Part shown: positions 8,620 to 17,388 of the stretch, piece by piece
How the letters are laid out: the number at the start of each line of letters is the position of its first letter
Position numbering within the stretch: the first letter of the stretch is position 1
The notes under the pieces: generated by a model
Databases searched by the model: none
Seen by the model: the letters and a program-made list of their open reading frames with translations, nothing else
Told to the model about the DNA's origin: nothing
Translations under genes and position numbers: made by a program
Source: Candidatus Enterousia sp.
Lineage (GTDB): Bacteria > Pseudomonadota > Alphaproteobacteria > Rs-D84
Assembly (NCBI GenBank): GCA_045601765.1
Contig: JAZSAG010000062.1
Location: 1 to 47,159 of the forward strand
DNA length: 47,159 bases
Direction: 5' to 3'

Positions 8620-9663
8620 TTATTCTTCTTCTTTTTTGTCGGGTATTTTACCGTCCGCAGATAGTAACACTGCGATTGGGCGTGTTGAATCAAATTGTGC
8701 GCAGATAACAAATATGCCCACCAACATTGGAACACTGAAAAACATGCCGGCAACGCCCCATAACATCCCCCAGAATACCAGGTTTATTAAAATGGCAAGT
8801 GTAGACAGGTTTAATGTCTTGCCCGTGAATTTTGGTTCAAGTATATTGCCAAATATAATTTGTAATGCAATTAGTCCAACCGCTGTTAATATCGGTTGCT
8901 GTAATGATGGGGCGGTGACCAATGTGTATAAAATTGGCAATGAGCATGCAACAATTGCACCAATCGTTGGAATGTAACTGGTTATAAATACTATAAATGC
9001 CCAAACGCCTGCAAATTCAACACCAATTAATTGCAACCAGATAAATGATAATACGCCGGTTATGCCAGATATTGTTGTTTTAACAAAAAGATATCTTTTC
9101 ATGTTGTAATCTATGCTGTCCAAGATATAACGTGATTTTTTTGATTGACGTTTGCTGGGGAACAGGGCAGAGAATTTCTGATTAAATGTACTTTGTTCTA
9201 TGAACATAAATATCATGTACACAAACACCATACCCATAGATGTGGCAATGGTTGCAACAGATGCACCGATGTTTGATGCAATGTCTGCAATGTTTGGTAA
9301 AATATTTGCGTCAAATTTTATTCCCACAGAATTGGATAGGTATGCACCAAATTCAACCAGTTTGGTTTGCAACGCCGGCAGTTTTGTAAGCAGTTCTGAA
9401 AACATGGGCTTGATTTGTGTTACAAATAAATATCCAATCCCAAGTACTGTGATCAGTGTTGCGATATGCGCGATAAAGTTAAATGTTTTGTGCCAGAATT
9501 TATGTTCTGGTGTCGGGGTTTTGTATGGTAAAACCTTGCGGTAATAGTCAGATATGGCGTTCATTAAATACCATAAAAATGTCGCAATTAGCAATGGTAT
9601 TAAAATTGAGCGTCCCACCCATAATAAAAATATAAGTGCGATAAATGTTATTATTCCGTTCAT
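8620..9663 (-). CDS. AI-2E (UPF0118/TqsA) family transporter
   Basis: Multi-TM protein with SYIPTIG, NILEPKFTGKTLNLS, FWGMLWGVAGMFFSVP. Confidence 0.9.
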   Translation of the reverse strand: MNGIITFIALIFLLWVGRSILIPLLIATFLWYLMNAISDYYRKVLPYKTPTPEHKFWHKTFNFIAHIATLITVLGIGYLFVTQIKPMFSELLTKLPALQTKLVEFGAYLSNSVGIKFDANILPNIADIASNIGASVATIATSMGMVFVYMIFMFIEQSTFNQKFSALFPSKRQSKKSRYILDSIDYNMKRYLFVKTTISGITGVLSFIWLQLIGVEFAGVWAFIVFITSYIPTIGAIVACSLPILYTLVTAPSLQQPILTAVGLIALQIIFGNILEPKFTGKTLNLSTLAILINLVFWGMLWGVAGMFFSVPMLVGIFVICAQFDSTRPIAVLLSADGKIPDKKEEE

Positions 9664-9667
9664 GTGC

Positions 9668-10591
9668 TTAGTCCTGGGTTATTTGTATTGGTGTGTTTGT
9701 ATCGTTAATGTTTATTGTTATTGTTTCTGGTGATGTTGGCGCGAATAAATTCAGTGCCAGTGTAATTAATATGATTGCGATGTTTGCAATTACAGAATAG
9801 GTTGCGTATTTACCAGGCATGCCTTGTGCAAAATTTTTGTGCCCGATTTGCATAACCCATATTCCATAAATTAGTGCAAATATAAATGTCAATAATACTG
9901 GTGTAAAACCAAAGAATAATACAGACAGTAATGTTATAAATATGAAAACAGATATTGTGTTTATATTATTTGCCAATGTCCAATTTATGAATTTGTTGTA
10001 ATGTTTGCTGCCTGATGTGATGGTCGTTTTCTTTTCGTTTGTGTTTAACAAGAACCCGGGTAGCCACAGTGATGTAAAACCAAATGGAATGCTGAAAATT
10101 ATTTTCCATGTCGGGACGTTGAAATGCTGTATACGGCGGATTTTGGCGTATAGATTGGCAAAGTATATGCCGCCTGCATATAATGTAAACAGACTGAACA
10201 ATATCATCGCAAAGATAAATGTTGTGATAGATGTGGCCTCAAGTGTCATTAATTTAAACATGATAGTTTGTGAATTAAACACAATGATATAAAGTGTTAA
10301 ATAAAAGCACAGTGATGTTATCAGTGTTTGGGCAATGTGTAATGACACAAATGATTGCCGGTCCATATTGGTAACAGGTAATCTTTTAATCATAAATATT
10401 ATGCTGTAAATAAATGCGCCGACAATTAAAATAAAAAATATATTTTGTGCCAGGTTGGGCGAAAATAATCCGTCCAAAACAAATGTGTGTATTGTTGTCA
10501 TTAAAAATATCAGGCCAAAAGATAAAAAACTGAACTTTAATGGCGCCCATAACAGCCAGTTTGATAGTTTGTTTGTTTTATTTGCAGTCAT
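9668..10591 (-). CDS. Hypothetical multi-pass membrane protein (DUF805-like segment)
   Basis: About 8 hydrophobic segments; 'AKIRRIQHFNVPTWKIIF' resembles the DUF805 RRLHD..GW motif. Confidence 0.6.
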   Translation of the reverse strand: MTANKTNKLSNWLLWAPLKFSFLSFGLIFLMTTIHTFVLDGLFSPNLAQNIFFILIVGAFIYSIIFMIKRLPVTNMDRQSFVSLHIAQTLITSLCFYLTLYIIVFNSQTIMFKLMTLEATSITTFIFAMILFSLFTLYAGGIYFANLYAKIRRIQHFNVPTWKIIFSIPFGFTSLWLPGFLLNTNEKKTTITSGSKHYNKFINWTLANNINTISVFIFITLLSVLFFGFTPVLLTFIFALIYGIWVMQIGHKNFAQGMPGKYATYSVIANIAIILITLALNLFAPTSPETITININDTNTPIQITQD

Positions 10592-10623
10592 AAATATTTC
10601 CCCCCATGTGTTAAATACAAGTT

Positions 10624-11301
10624 TTATTTTATCATATTTTTTCCGTTTGATAAAGTTATTGTGTTTGTCGGTTTAATCATGTCTGAAAATGCCTGTTGAT
10701 GACTGATGTATACAAAGGTTGTGTTTGGCATTTCAGATATAATGTTTGCAATCATTTGCTGTGTATGAATGTCTGCGCCAGAATCGGGTTCATCTAATAT
10801 TGCCAGTTTGGGTTTTGTCATCATAAGACGTAATAGCATTATTTTTTTACGTTCACCCCCAGAAAAACCAACGTTTACACTGCGGTTTAACCATTCGCGT
10901 GGGATGTTTAATTGCTCTCTGGCGCGTTCCAGTTCTTCAAGAAATTCACCCATTGATAAATCTTGGCCTGATTGAAAATGTTTGTGGGCGGCGCAGGAAT
11001 GTTTTAACAGGCTGATTATTGTAAGGCCTGGGATTTCGGGAACATGTTGTGCGCCCAGAAAGATACCCATCAGCGCGCGTGTTGTTGCGTTTTCGTTTGT
11101 AATGTCGTGGCCGTCAAATAATATCTGGCCTGATGTAATCGTATATTTTTGGTCGCCGGCAATTGTGTTCGCAAGTGTTGATTTCCCACAGCCATTATGG
11201 CCGGATATCAATACGCGTTCGCCAGGTGCGATTTCCATGTTTATATTGTCTAGTAATAATTTATCATTCAAAGATACAGATAAGTTTTTTATTTTCAGCA
11301 T
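10624..11301 (-). CDS. sufC: Fe-S assembly ATPase SufC
   Basis: Walker A GHNGCGKST, PEIPG, RSVNVGFSGGERKK, LDEPDSG; adjacent to sufB. Confidence 0.9.
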   Translation of the reverse strand: MLKIKNLSVSLNDKLLLDNINMEIAPGERVLISGHNGCGKSTLANTIAGDQKYTITSGQILFDGHDITNENATTRALMGIFLGAQHVPEIPGLTIISLLKHSCAAHKHFQSGQDLSMGEFLEELERAREQLNIPREWLNRSVNVGFSGGERKKIMLLRLMMTKPKLAILDEPDSGADIHTQQMIANIISEMPNTTFVYISHQQAFSDMIKPTNTITLSNGKNMIK

Positions 11302-11305
11302 TGGT

Positions 11306-12634
11306 TTATTCCTTTGATAATGCCATTTGTATCAGTTGTTTTGATTCAACCAAGAATTCCATTGGCAGGCGCGATAGAACAGGTGTTGCGGTTGCGCCAA
11401 TTATTAATGCTATTGCAGAGTCTGTTTCAATGCCAGACATGTTCAAATAATTTAGTGCGTCGGCATCAATTGCACCGGTGGTTGCCTCGTGCGATTGGTG
11501 ATTATTGGTGCCGTTGTGTATTATACGGGGCAGGGTGTTTGCGGTGGCGTTTGTGCCGATTATTCGGCTGTCACATTTTGATGCGTTTGTGCAATTGTTG
11601 CCGGCAAAAGATACCAGACTGCGAAATGTTTGATTTGATGCGTCTGTGGCAACACCGTATGACACGATATTTGATGTGGTGTTGTCGCCAATGTGTATCA
11701 TTTTTGTGCCGGTGTCTGCCATTTGGCCACCGCGTGTAATGGACAGTGAATAAAAGTCGCTATACGCATTGTTTCCGGACAAAATTGTTGATGGATATTT
11801 CCAGGTCAGGGCGGAACCAACCTCTAGTTGTGTCCATAATAATTTTGCATTATTTTCACATCGACCACGTTTGGTGACAAAGTTTAATATGCCGCCTTGG
11901 TTTTTTGTGCCGTCAAAGTCACCGGCATACCAATTTTGCACAGTTGCATATTTTACAGTGGCGTTATCCAATACAATAATTTCAACAACCCCACTGTGTA
12001 ATTGATGGTGGGGGCGTCTGGGGGCGCTGCAACCTTCCATGTATGTTAATTCTGCGCCCGTATCTGCGATTATCAATGTGCGTTCAAATTGCCCAATTTT
12101 TGCAGTTTCAATTCTGAAATAACTGGCCAAGTCAATGGGGCATTTCGTGTTTGGGGGAATATACACAAATGTGCCATCAGAAAATACGGCCGCATTTAAT
12201 GCCGCAAAAAAGTTATCTGTGTTGGGGACAACGGACCCCAGATATTTTTTTACCAGTTCTGGGTGTTTTTGAACGGCGTCTGAAAATGGCAGAAATATAA
12301 TGCCCAATTTTTCCAGTTCGTTTGTATAAGACGTGTGGACAGAGCGACTGTCTATGACCGTGTCAGTTGCCATCCCCATCAGGGCTTTTTTCTCGTTTTC
12401 GGGCAGTCCCATTTTATCATAAATTTTGCCCAGGTCTGAATTATCAATTGGTTCTGGTTCGTTGTAATAGTTTAAATCGTCATAATTTATGGGGGTATAG
12501 TCTATTTCTGCCCAGTGGGGTTCGGACATTTGTTGCCATTTTTTGTATGCGTCCAGACGCCACTGTAATAACCATGCGGGTTCATTACGCGCGGCAGATA
12601 TTTCACGAATAAGATCTGTTGATAATTTCGCCAT
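11306..12634 (-). CDS. sufB: Fe-S assembly scaffold SufB
   Basis: DNFFAALNAAVFSDG, GQFERTLI, YMEGCSAP, TVQNWY, NFVTKRG, TWKYPS, ADTGTKM, SHEATTG. Confidence 0.93.
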   Translation of the reverse strand: MAKLSTDLIREISAARNEPAWLLQWRLDAYKKWQQMSEPHWAEIDYTPINYDDLNYYNEPEPIDNSDLGKIYDKMGLPENEKKALMGMATDTVIDSRSVHTSYTNELEKLGIIFLPFSDAVQKHPELVKKYLGSVVPNTDNFFAALNAAVFSDGTFVYIPPNTKCPIDLASYFRIETAKIGQFERTLIIADTGAELTYMEGCSAPRRPHHQLHSGVVEIIVLDNATVKYATVQNWYAGDFDGTKNQGGILNFVTKRGRCENNAKLLWTQLEVGSALTWKYPSTILSGNNAYSDFYSLSITRGGQMADTGTKMIHIGDNTTSNIVSYGVATDASNQTFRSLVSFAGNNCTNASKCDSRIIGTNATANTLPRIIHNGTNNHQSHEATTGAIDADALNYLNMSGIETDSAIALIIGATATPVLSRLPMEFLVESKQLIQMALSKE

Positions 12635-12643
12635 ATTTTATTT

Positions 12644-13183
12644 TTAACTTTGTGCCGCCAATTGTTTGGCCTGGGTAAAGAAAGTTAATGATTGCCCCAG
12701 CAGGCCGTCTGTAAAGGTTGATGATAACAATGTATCGTTTTCAGTGTTTGCCAGATATTGTAAAAAACTTTCTGCGCGACGTATATAGTTGTCAACACTG
12801 CGGGCGATTTCAGAATTTAATTTGATGTTGCGGCGCAGTTTTTCAAGTGTAAAAGGATTTTTTGAATATTCGTCCATGACACCACCCAGGGCGCGCCACA
12901 GTGGGTGTTCAGGTGTGTTGCGTGGCATTACGTCAATAGATGCCATGATGGGAATCAGGTTTTGCAACAGGTCTTGATAAATCATTTCGGCGTTTTCGGT
13001 CACGGCATTGGTCGCAGATTTATTTTTTAGCACAGATTGTATTTTTATAATCAGGCTGTTTTGATAGTCCAAAATTTTATTTATGTTTTTTATATGGCTG
13101 TTTGTTTTTTGTATATATACAGCAACAATGATAAAAACCAGTACCATCAGGCCTGTTGTGCCCAGTAAAACAACGTTTTCCAT
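12644..13183 (-). CDS. Hypothetical membrane-anchored protein
   Basis: N-terminal TM helix followed by a helical soluble domain; SD AAAGGA; first gene of the suf unit. Confidence 0.7.
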   Translation of the reverse strand: MENVVLLGTTGLMVLVFIIVAVYIQKTNSHIKNINKILDYQNSLIIKIQSVLKNKSATNAVTENAEMIYQDLLQNLIPIMASIDVMPRNTPEHPLWRALGGVMDEYSKNPFTLEKLRRNIKLNSEIARSVDNYIRRAESFLQYLANTENDTLLSSTFTDGLLGQSLTFFTQAKQLAAQS

Positions 13184-13285
13184 AATTTATCCTTTTATTT
13201 CCATGACAGTATAACATCTTTTTGCGATTCGCGCGATCTTAGATTTCGGTTAAAATTTTTTATTGATTTTTGTGTTTTTTAAGTC

Positions 13286-13314
13286 TTGCACAGATTCGGT
13301 CAAATTGTTATAAT
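13286..13314 (+). promoter_or_regulatory. Sigma70-like promoter for the pilus operon
   Basis: TTGCAC-N17-TATAAT with TG just upstream of the -10, about 42 nt before the ATG at 13357. Confidence 0.6.
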
Positions 13315-13356
13315 ATACATTAAATAAGTAAATACACAGGGAAAGGAAGTCTTATA

Positions 13357-14238
13357 ATGTTCCGCAAAATATTGATTTGTGCTATGTTTGCAACTGCGGC
13401 GGGCTATTGCTTTGCTGCAGATATGTTACCTCAGGTCGTCACGTCAGAGGTGTTTTATCAACGGGTTGGTGATTTTGATGATGCAGGGTATCAGTATTCA
13501 AATGGTGTTGCCCAGCCGTATGTTCCTGCGTGGCCATTGGCGGGATCTGATGCAGACGTTGTTATTGGTTGTGCAACAGGTGCATGTTCCCAGACAAAAC
13601 AACAGGATAATATTCGTGTTGTGTCTAAGATTGGGTCTGATTTGGTCATAGAAAATGACTTTGATGTCAGTAATTTTGGTGAATTTGCTGGTTGGTCTGG
13701 TGGTGCAAATATGCTGCATGGTACACAAATACCTGCGGGGTTTGATGACGAATGTAATTCTTCTGCGGAAATGCCGTTGTTGCATCGCGAAGTGTTAGAG
13801 GATGATGGTGCAAATGTTTTGGCCGTGTCACGCAGTGGTCGCAAGACATGTGGCAAATATGCAGATTCTTATGATGCGTTTGCTGTAAAAATGGGAATGA
13901 ACGCCGAACAAGAAGAAACAATTGTTACCGAAGAAGAAATCGAGGTTGCTGTTGAATCAGAGGCGCCGGCGCCTGTAATGGATCAGGTTCGTTCTTGGGT
14001 TGTTGCAAATGGTCAGACATTACGTGAAGTGTTACAATCTTGGTGCGACAAAGAGGGTTGGGACCTGGTTTGGGCAACGTCACGTGAATACCCGATTGAG
14101 GCCAGTGCCGTGTTCAAGGGACGCTTTGTTGATGTGGCGTCTGCGTTGGTGCGTAATTTTGGACGCGCAACACCAATCCCATATGCCAAGTTTTACAAGG
14201 GAAACAGGGTGCTAGTTGTTTCAACCAGTGAAGAATAA
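13357..14238 (+). CDS. TcpQ/PilL-domain protein (type IVb pilus accessory)
   Basis: Signal peptide; C-terminal 'WVVANGQTLREVLQSWCDKEGWDLVW...YPIEASAVFKGRF..A...L...FYKGNRVLVV' is typical of the TcpQ domain; directly upstream of a secretin. Confidence 0.8.
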   Translation: MFRKILICAMFATAAGYCFAADMLPQVVTSEVFYQRVGDFDDAGYQYSNGVAQPYVPAWPLAGSDADVVIGCATGACSQTKQQDNIRVVSKIGSDLVIENDFDVSNFGEFAGWSGGANMLHGTQIPAGFDDECNSSAEMPLLHREVLEDDGANVLAVSRSGRKTCGKYADSYDAFAVKMGMNAEQEETIVTEEEIEVAVESEAPAPVMDQVRSWVVANGQTLREVLQSWCDKEGWDLVWATSREYPIEASAVFKGRFVDVASALVRNFGRATPIPYAKFYKGNRVLVVSTSEE

Positions 14239-14272
14239 TTTTTTACAGCCATATCTATAGGAGAATGTAAAT

Positions 14273-15901
14273 ATGTTAAAATCAATGAAAACTTTTGTTC
14301 TGTGTACTTTGGTTGTTGGGACTTTGATGGGATGTGCCAAAGAACAATCGGCCAAGGTTGCCGCATCGGTGGACCAAGATTTTATTAATGCATATGATGC
14401 ATTTGAAATGGCTAAAAATCCACGGGCCAAGGTTGCCAGTGGTGATACTGTTTCTATGTCCGAGGGGGTTTGGCTGGGAAATAAATCTGTGGTTTTAGAA
14501 CACCGGAATAATTTACCCGGAAAATTTGAGACAGATACAGGTGTTACTATATTATTAAATGAACCTGTTTCTTTGCAGGTTTTGGCAAATGATATTTATT
14601 CTGCAACAGGTATTCCTGTGAAAATAGACAGTCAAATTGCCCAGGATAAATTAAGAAAAACTGTAAATGTTGCCTATACTGGTAAATTGTCTGGATTGTT
14701 GTCCCAGGTCGCAACAGATTTAGACCTGCTGTGGTATTATGACAAAAATTCAATTGTGTTTTATGAAACAGAGACAAGAACGTTTACTTTGTTCGCCCTG
14801 GGGACCGAGGTTGCATACCAGACAGCCGTATCAACAGACGATTCTAATGAGGTGTCTTTGCAATCAACATTAAAAGAATGGGACGAAGTAGAAAGTGCAA
14901 TTGCGTCCATTATCGGCAAAAGTGATAATGCAGATTTCACAGTGTCACGCAGTTTAGGTACAATTACTGTGACGGCATCACCATCTGTGTTGGCGCGTGT
15001 GGGTGAATATATTGAACGTCAGAATAAACGTCTGTCGCAATTAATCACAATTGATGTCAAGGTATTACAGGTTACGATTTCTAATGATTCGGCATTTGGT
15101 TTGAATTTGGCGGCGGCTATTAATTCAACGTCTGGGTTAAATATCGTTGCAAACCCAAAGAATAACCTTGCATCGACCGAGGCCAGTTCAATGAATATCG
15201 CGGTATTATCAAATGCGGTGTCTGCATTGACGGGTGCAACACATCTTGAAGGTACAACAACCGTAGAAGGTGCATATACCCAAGATCAGATTATGAATGG
15301 CTCTTTGTCTGGGGCCGCGGGCAGTGCCGCATTGATTGAATCTTTGGCCAAGCAGGGCAAGGTGTCTTTGGTGACAAACGTTGGTGTTACAACACGCAGT
15401 AATCGTGTTGCCCCGGTCAGCAATACACGTACAACCGGATATATTAAACGTTTTGAATCACGTAACTTTACAACTGTTGAATCCAGCACCGTTGACCAAG
15501 ACGATTTGGAAACAGGATTTACAATGCAGTTGTTGCCAAATGTTCTGGAAAATGGCAAGATTTTATTGCTGTTCCGTATGTCGGTGCGTGAATTGTTACG
15601 TATGTCAACCCAGACAATCGGCGAAGTAACCCTGCAATTGCCCGAGGTTGAAGAACGCAGTTTCATGCAAGAAGTTATTATGGAATCTGGGCAAATGCTG
15701 GTTGTGTCTGGGTTTGAAAAGCAGACCAACGAAGATACGCGTTATGGTTTGGGTGATCCTGACTTTATGGCGCTGTCTGGATCGCGCGAATCGTCCGCCA
15801 CGCGTGAGGTTTTGGTTGTTATCTTGACCCCACAGGTTTTGGTCAGCCCAATGGATACCGAGAGAGCGATTCAGCAGAATTGGGGCGCCCCCCTAAACTA
15901 A
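14273..15901 (+). CDS. Type IVb pilus secretin lipoprotein (PilN/BfpB/TcpC-like)
   Basis: Lipobox LMG|C; YTGKLSGLL, GTITVTASPSVLARVGEYI..QNKRL, DVKVLQV, ETGFTMQLLP, LQLPEV, SGQMLVVSGFE, VVILTP. Confidence 0.85.
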   Translation: MLKSMKTFVLCTLVVGTLMGCAKEQSAKVAASVDQDFINAYDAFEMAKNPRAKVASGDTVSMSEGVWLGNKSVVLEHRNNLPGKFETDTGVTILLNEPVSLQVLANDIYSATGIPVKIDSQIAQDKLRKTVNVAYTGKLSGLLSQVATDLDLLWYYDKNSIVFYETETRTFTLFALGTEVAYQTAVSTDDSNEVSLQSTLKEWDEVESAIASIIGKSDNADFTVSRSLGTITVTASPSVLARVGEYIERQNKRLSQLITIDVKVLQVTISNDSAFGLNLAAAINSTSGLNIVANPKNNLASTEASSMNIAVLSNAVSALTGATHLEGTTTVEGAYTQDQIMNGSLSGAAGSAALIESLAKQGKVSLVTNVGVTTRSNRVAPVSNTRTTGYIKRFESRNFTTVESSTVDQDDLETGFTMQLLPNVLENGKILLLFRMSVRELLRMSTQTIGEVTLQLPEVEERSFMQEVIMESGQMLVVSGFEKQTNEDTRYGLGDPDFMALSGSRESSATREVLVVILTPQVLVSPMDTERAIQQNWGAPLN

Positions 15902-16259
15902 AATTAAATCTAATGGCATATCTACGCACAAACCCGACATCTCATGTAACGTCATGTACACTACGATGTCGGGTTTGTGCGTATCTATACCATTATCTTT
16001 AATTTTCCTGCTAATATTGCACGTTGCCGGCACTGCGCGTATCTAAATCATTCTAATTTATTTTTATTTATCGGATAATAATTCATCTAAAATCAAAACG
16101 GGAATCTCATGTAGCGTTTGTACACTACGATTCCCGTTTTGCTTTTATCTAAATCATTCTAATTTATTTTTTATGATGAAGTCTCTGTACGCTACGATGT
16201 CGGGTTTGTGCGTAAATATACCATTATCTTTAATTTTTTGCTAATATTGCACGTTGCCG
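15900..16259. repeat. Cluster of palindromic elements (RPE/ERIC-like): two complete and two half copies
   Basis: Full hairpins at 15900-16006 (stem ACGCACAAACCCGACATC) and ~16075-16170 (stem CAAAACGGGAATC), both with core CTCATGTA(A/G)C..TGTACACTACG. Right-arm fragments at 16021-16065 and 16186-16238. Confidence 0.85.
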
Positions 16260-16321
16260 CTTGCAATGACAAAGGAAAAAATCATCCTTCCTTTACTAAC
16301 CACTAGCTACACTTGCTCATT

Positions 16322-16350
16322 AAAAAAAAGTCCCCGATTGGGGAACTTTT
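16322..16350 (-). terminator. Intrinsic terminator after rpsT
   Basis: A8-GTCCCC-GATT-GGGGAAC; the A-run is the U-tract on the minus strand. Confidence 0.7.
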
Positions 16351-16370
16351 AATTAGAATTTTAAACGCAA

Positions 16371-16631
16371 TTATGCCATTTTTGAAACTTTCTTGGCCAA
16401 GCGTGAAATTTTACGCGCAGCGCGTTTCTTGGGCATGATTTTGCCAGCAGATTTCATAATCTTGCTTTCTGCATTGCGGGCCGCAACAGTTGCAGCAGCC
16501 TTGTCGCCAGATTCAATAGCAACAATCGCCTTTTTAGTCGCTGTTTTAACAACACTGCGACGTGATGTGTTTATTGCGTTCTTTTTGGCCGAAACCAAAA
16601 TTCTTTTTTCAGATGACTTATGATTTGCCAC
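16371..16631 (-). CDS. rpsT: 30S ribosomal protein S20
   Basis: MANHKSSEKR...N.SRRS.VKT..KK...AARKISRLAK; GTG start with SD AAGGA. Confidence 0.95.
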   Translation of the reverse strand: MANHKSSEKRILVSAKKNAINTSRRSVVKTATKKAIVAIESGDKAAATVAARNAESKIMKSAGKIMPKKRAARKISRLAKKVSKMA

Positions 16632-16704
16632 TTTATTTTCCTTTTATTTTCTAAATGTTTCTGGTATTTTATAAAAAACAAACATAAAATCAAGGAAAAA
16701 TAAT

Positions 16705-17292
16705 ATGTTTTATATTTTTGTAATACTTTTATCTTATTTATTGGGGTCTGTTCCAATGGGGTTGTTATTGACACGCATGGCGGGCAAGGGTGATTTGCGC
16801 CAGGTTGGCAGTGGTAATATCGGCGCAACAAATGTTATGCGCGTCGGTGGTTTACGTATGGCGGGACTTACATGGATATTAGATATGGCCAAGGCAATCG
16901 CTGCTGTATTTATTGGTAAATATGTCGCAGGTGATGCGTTTGGCGCATGGTGCGGGTTCGTGGCAATTGTTGGGCATTGTTATCCAATATGGTTAAAGTT
17001 TAAGGGAGGCAAGGGGATTTCTTGTTTGTTTGGGGTATTGTTGGCGGTCAGCCCAATGTCTTTTGTGGTTTGTGGAATTGAATGGTTGTTGGTCGCATTG
17101 ACCAGTGGCATTTCTTCGCTGGGGGCGACAATTGTTTTTTGTCTGATACCATTTTTGGGATTCGCAATCAGTGCCCAGGTTGGTGTGGCGTTCTTGGCAA
17201 TCGGTTTATTGTGCCTGTGGCGGCATCGCGGAAATGTCGGCAGATTAATTTCAGGCAGTGAATCAAAAATAGAATGGAAATGGAAAAAGTAA
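16705..17292 (+). CDS. plsY: Glycerol-3-phosphate acyltransferase PlsY
   Basis: YLLGSVP, GSGNIGATNV, GHCYPIWLKFKGGKG, RHRGNVGRL. Confidence 0.95.
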   Translation: MFYIFVILLSYLLGSVPMGLLLTRMAGKGDLRQVGSGNIGATNVMRVGGLRMAGLTWILDMAKAIAAVFIGKYVAGDAFGAWCGFVAIVGHCYPIWLKFKGGKGISCLFGVLLAVSPMSFVVCGIEWLLVALTSGISSLGATIVFCLIPFLGFAISAQVGVAFLAIGLLCLWRHRGNVGRLISGSESKIEWKWKK

Positions 17293-17388
17293 GTTTTATA
17301 TGGGGCGCGTGCCCCTTTTTTATTTGTGCTTTATTTTTATGTCTTTTTGTGGTATAATAAAACAGAGATATATAAAAAGGAAAGAGGT

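Noticed and set aside
15900-16259. Integron attC sites or CRISPR repeats
   Set aside because: No GTTRRRY/RYYYAAC ends, no cassette ORFs or integrase; the variable parts are self-complementary stems reused between loci rather than unique spacers.
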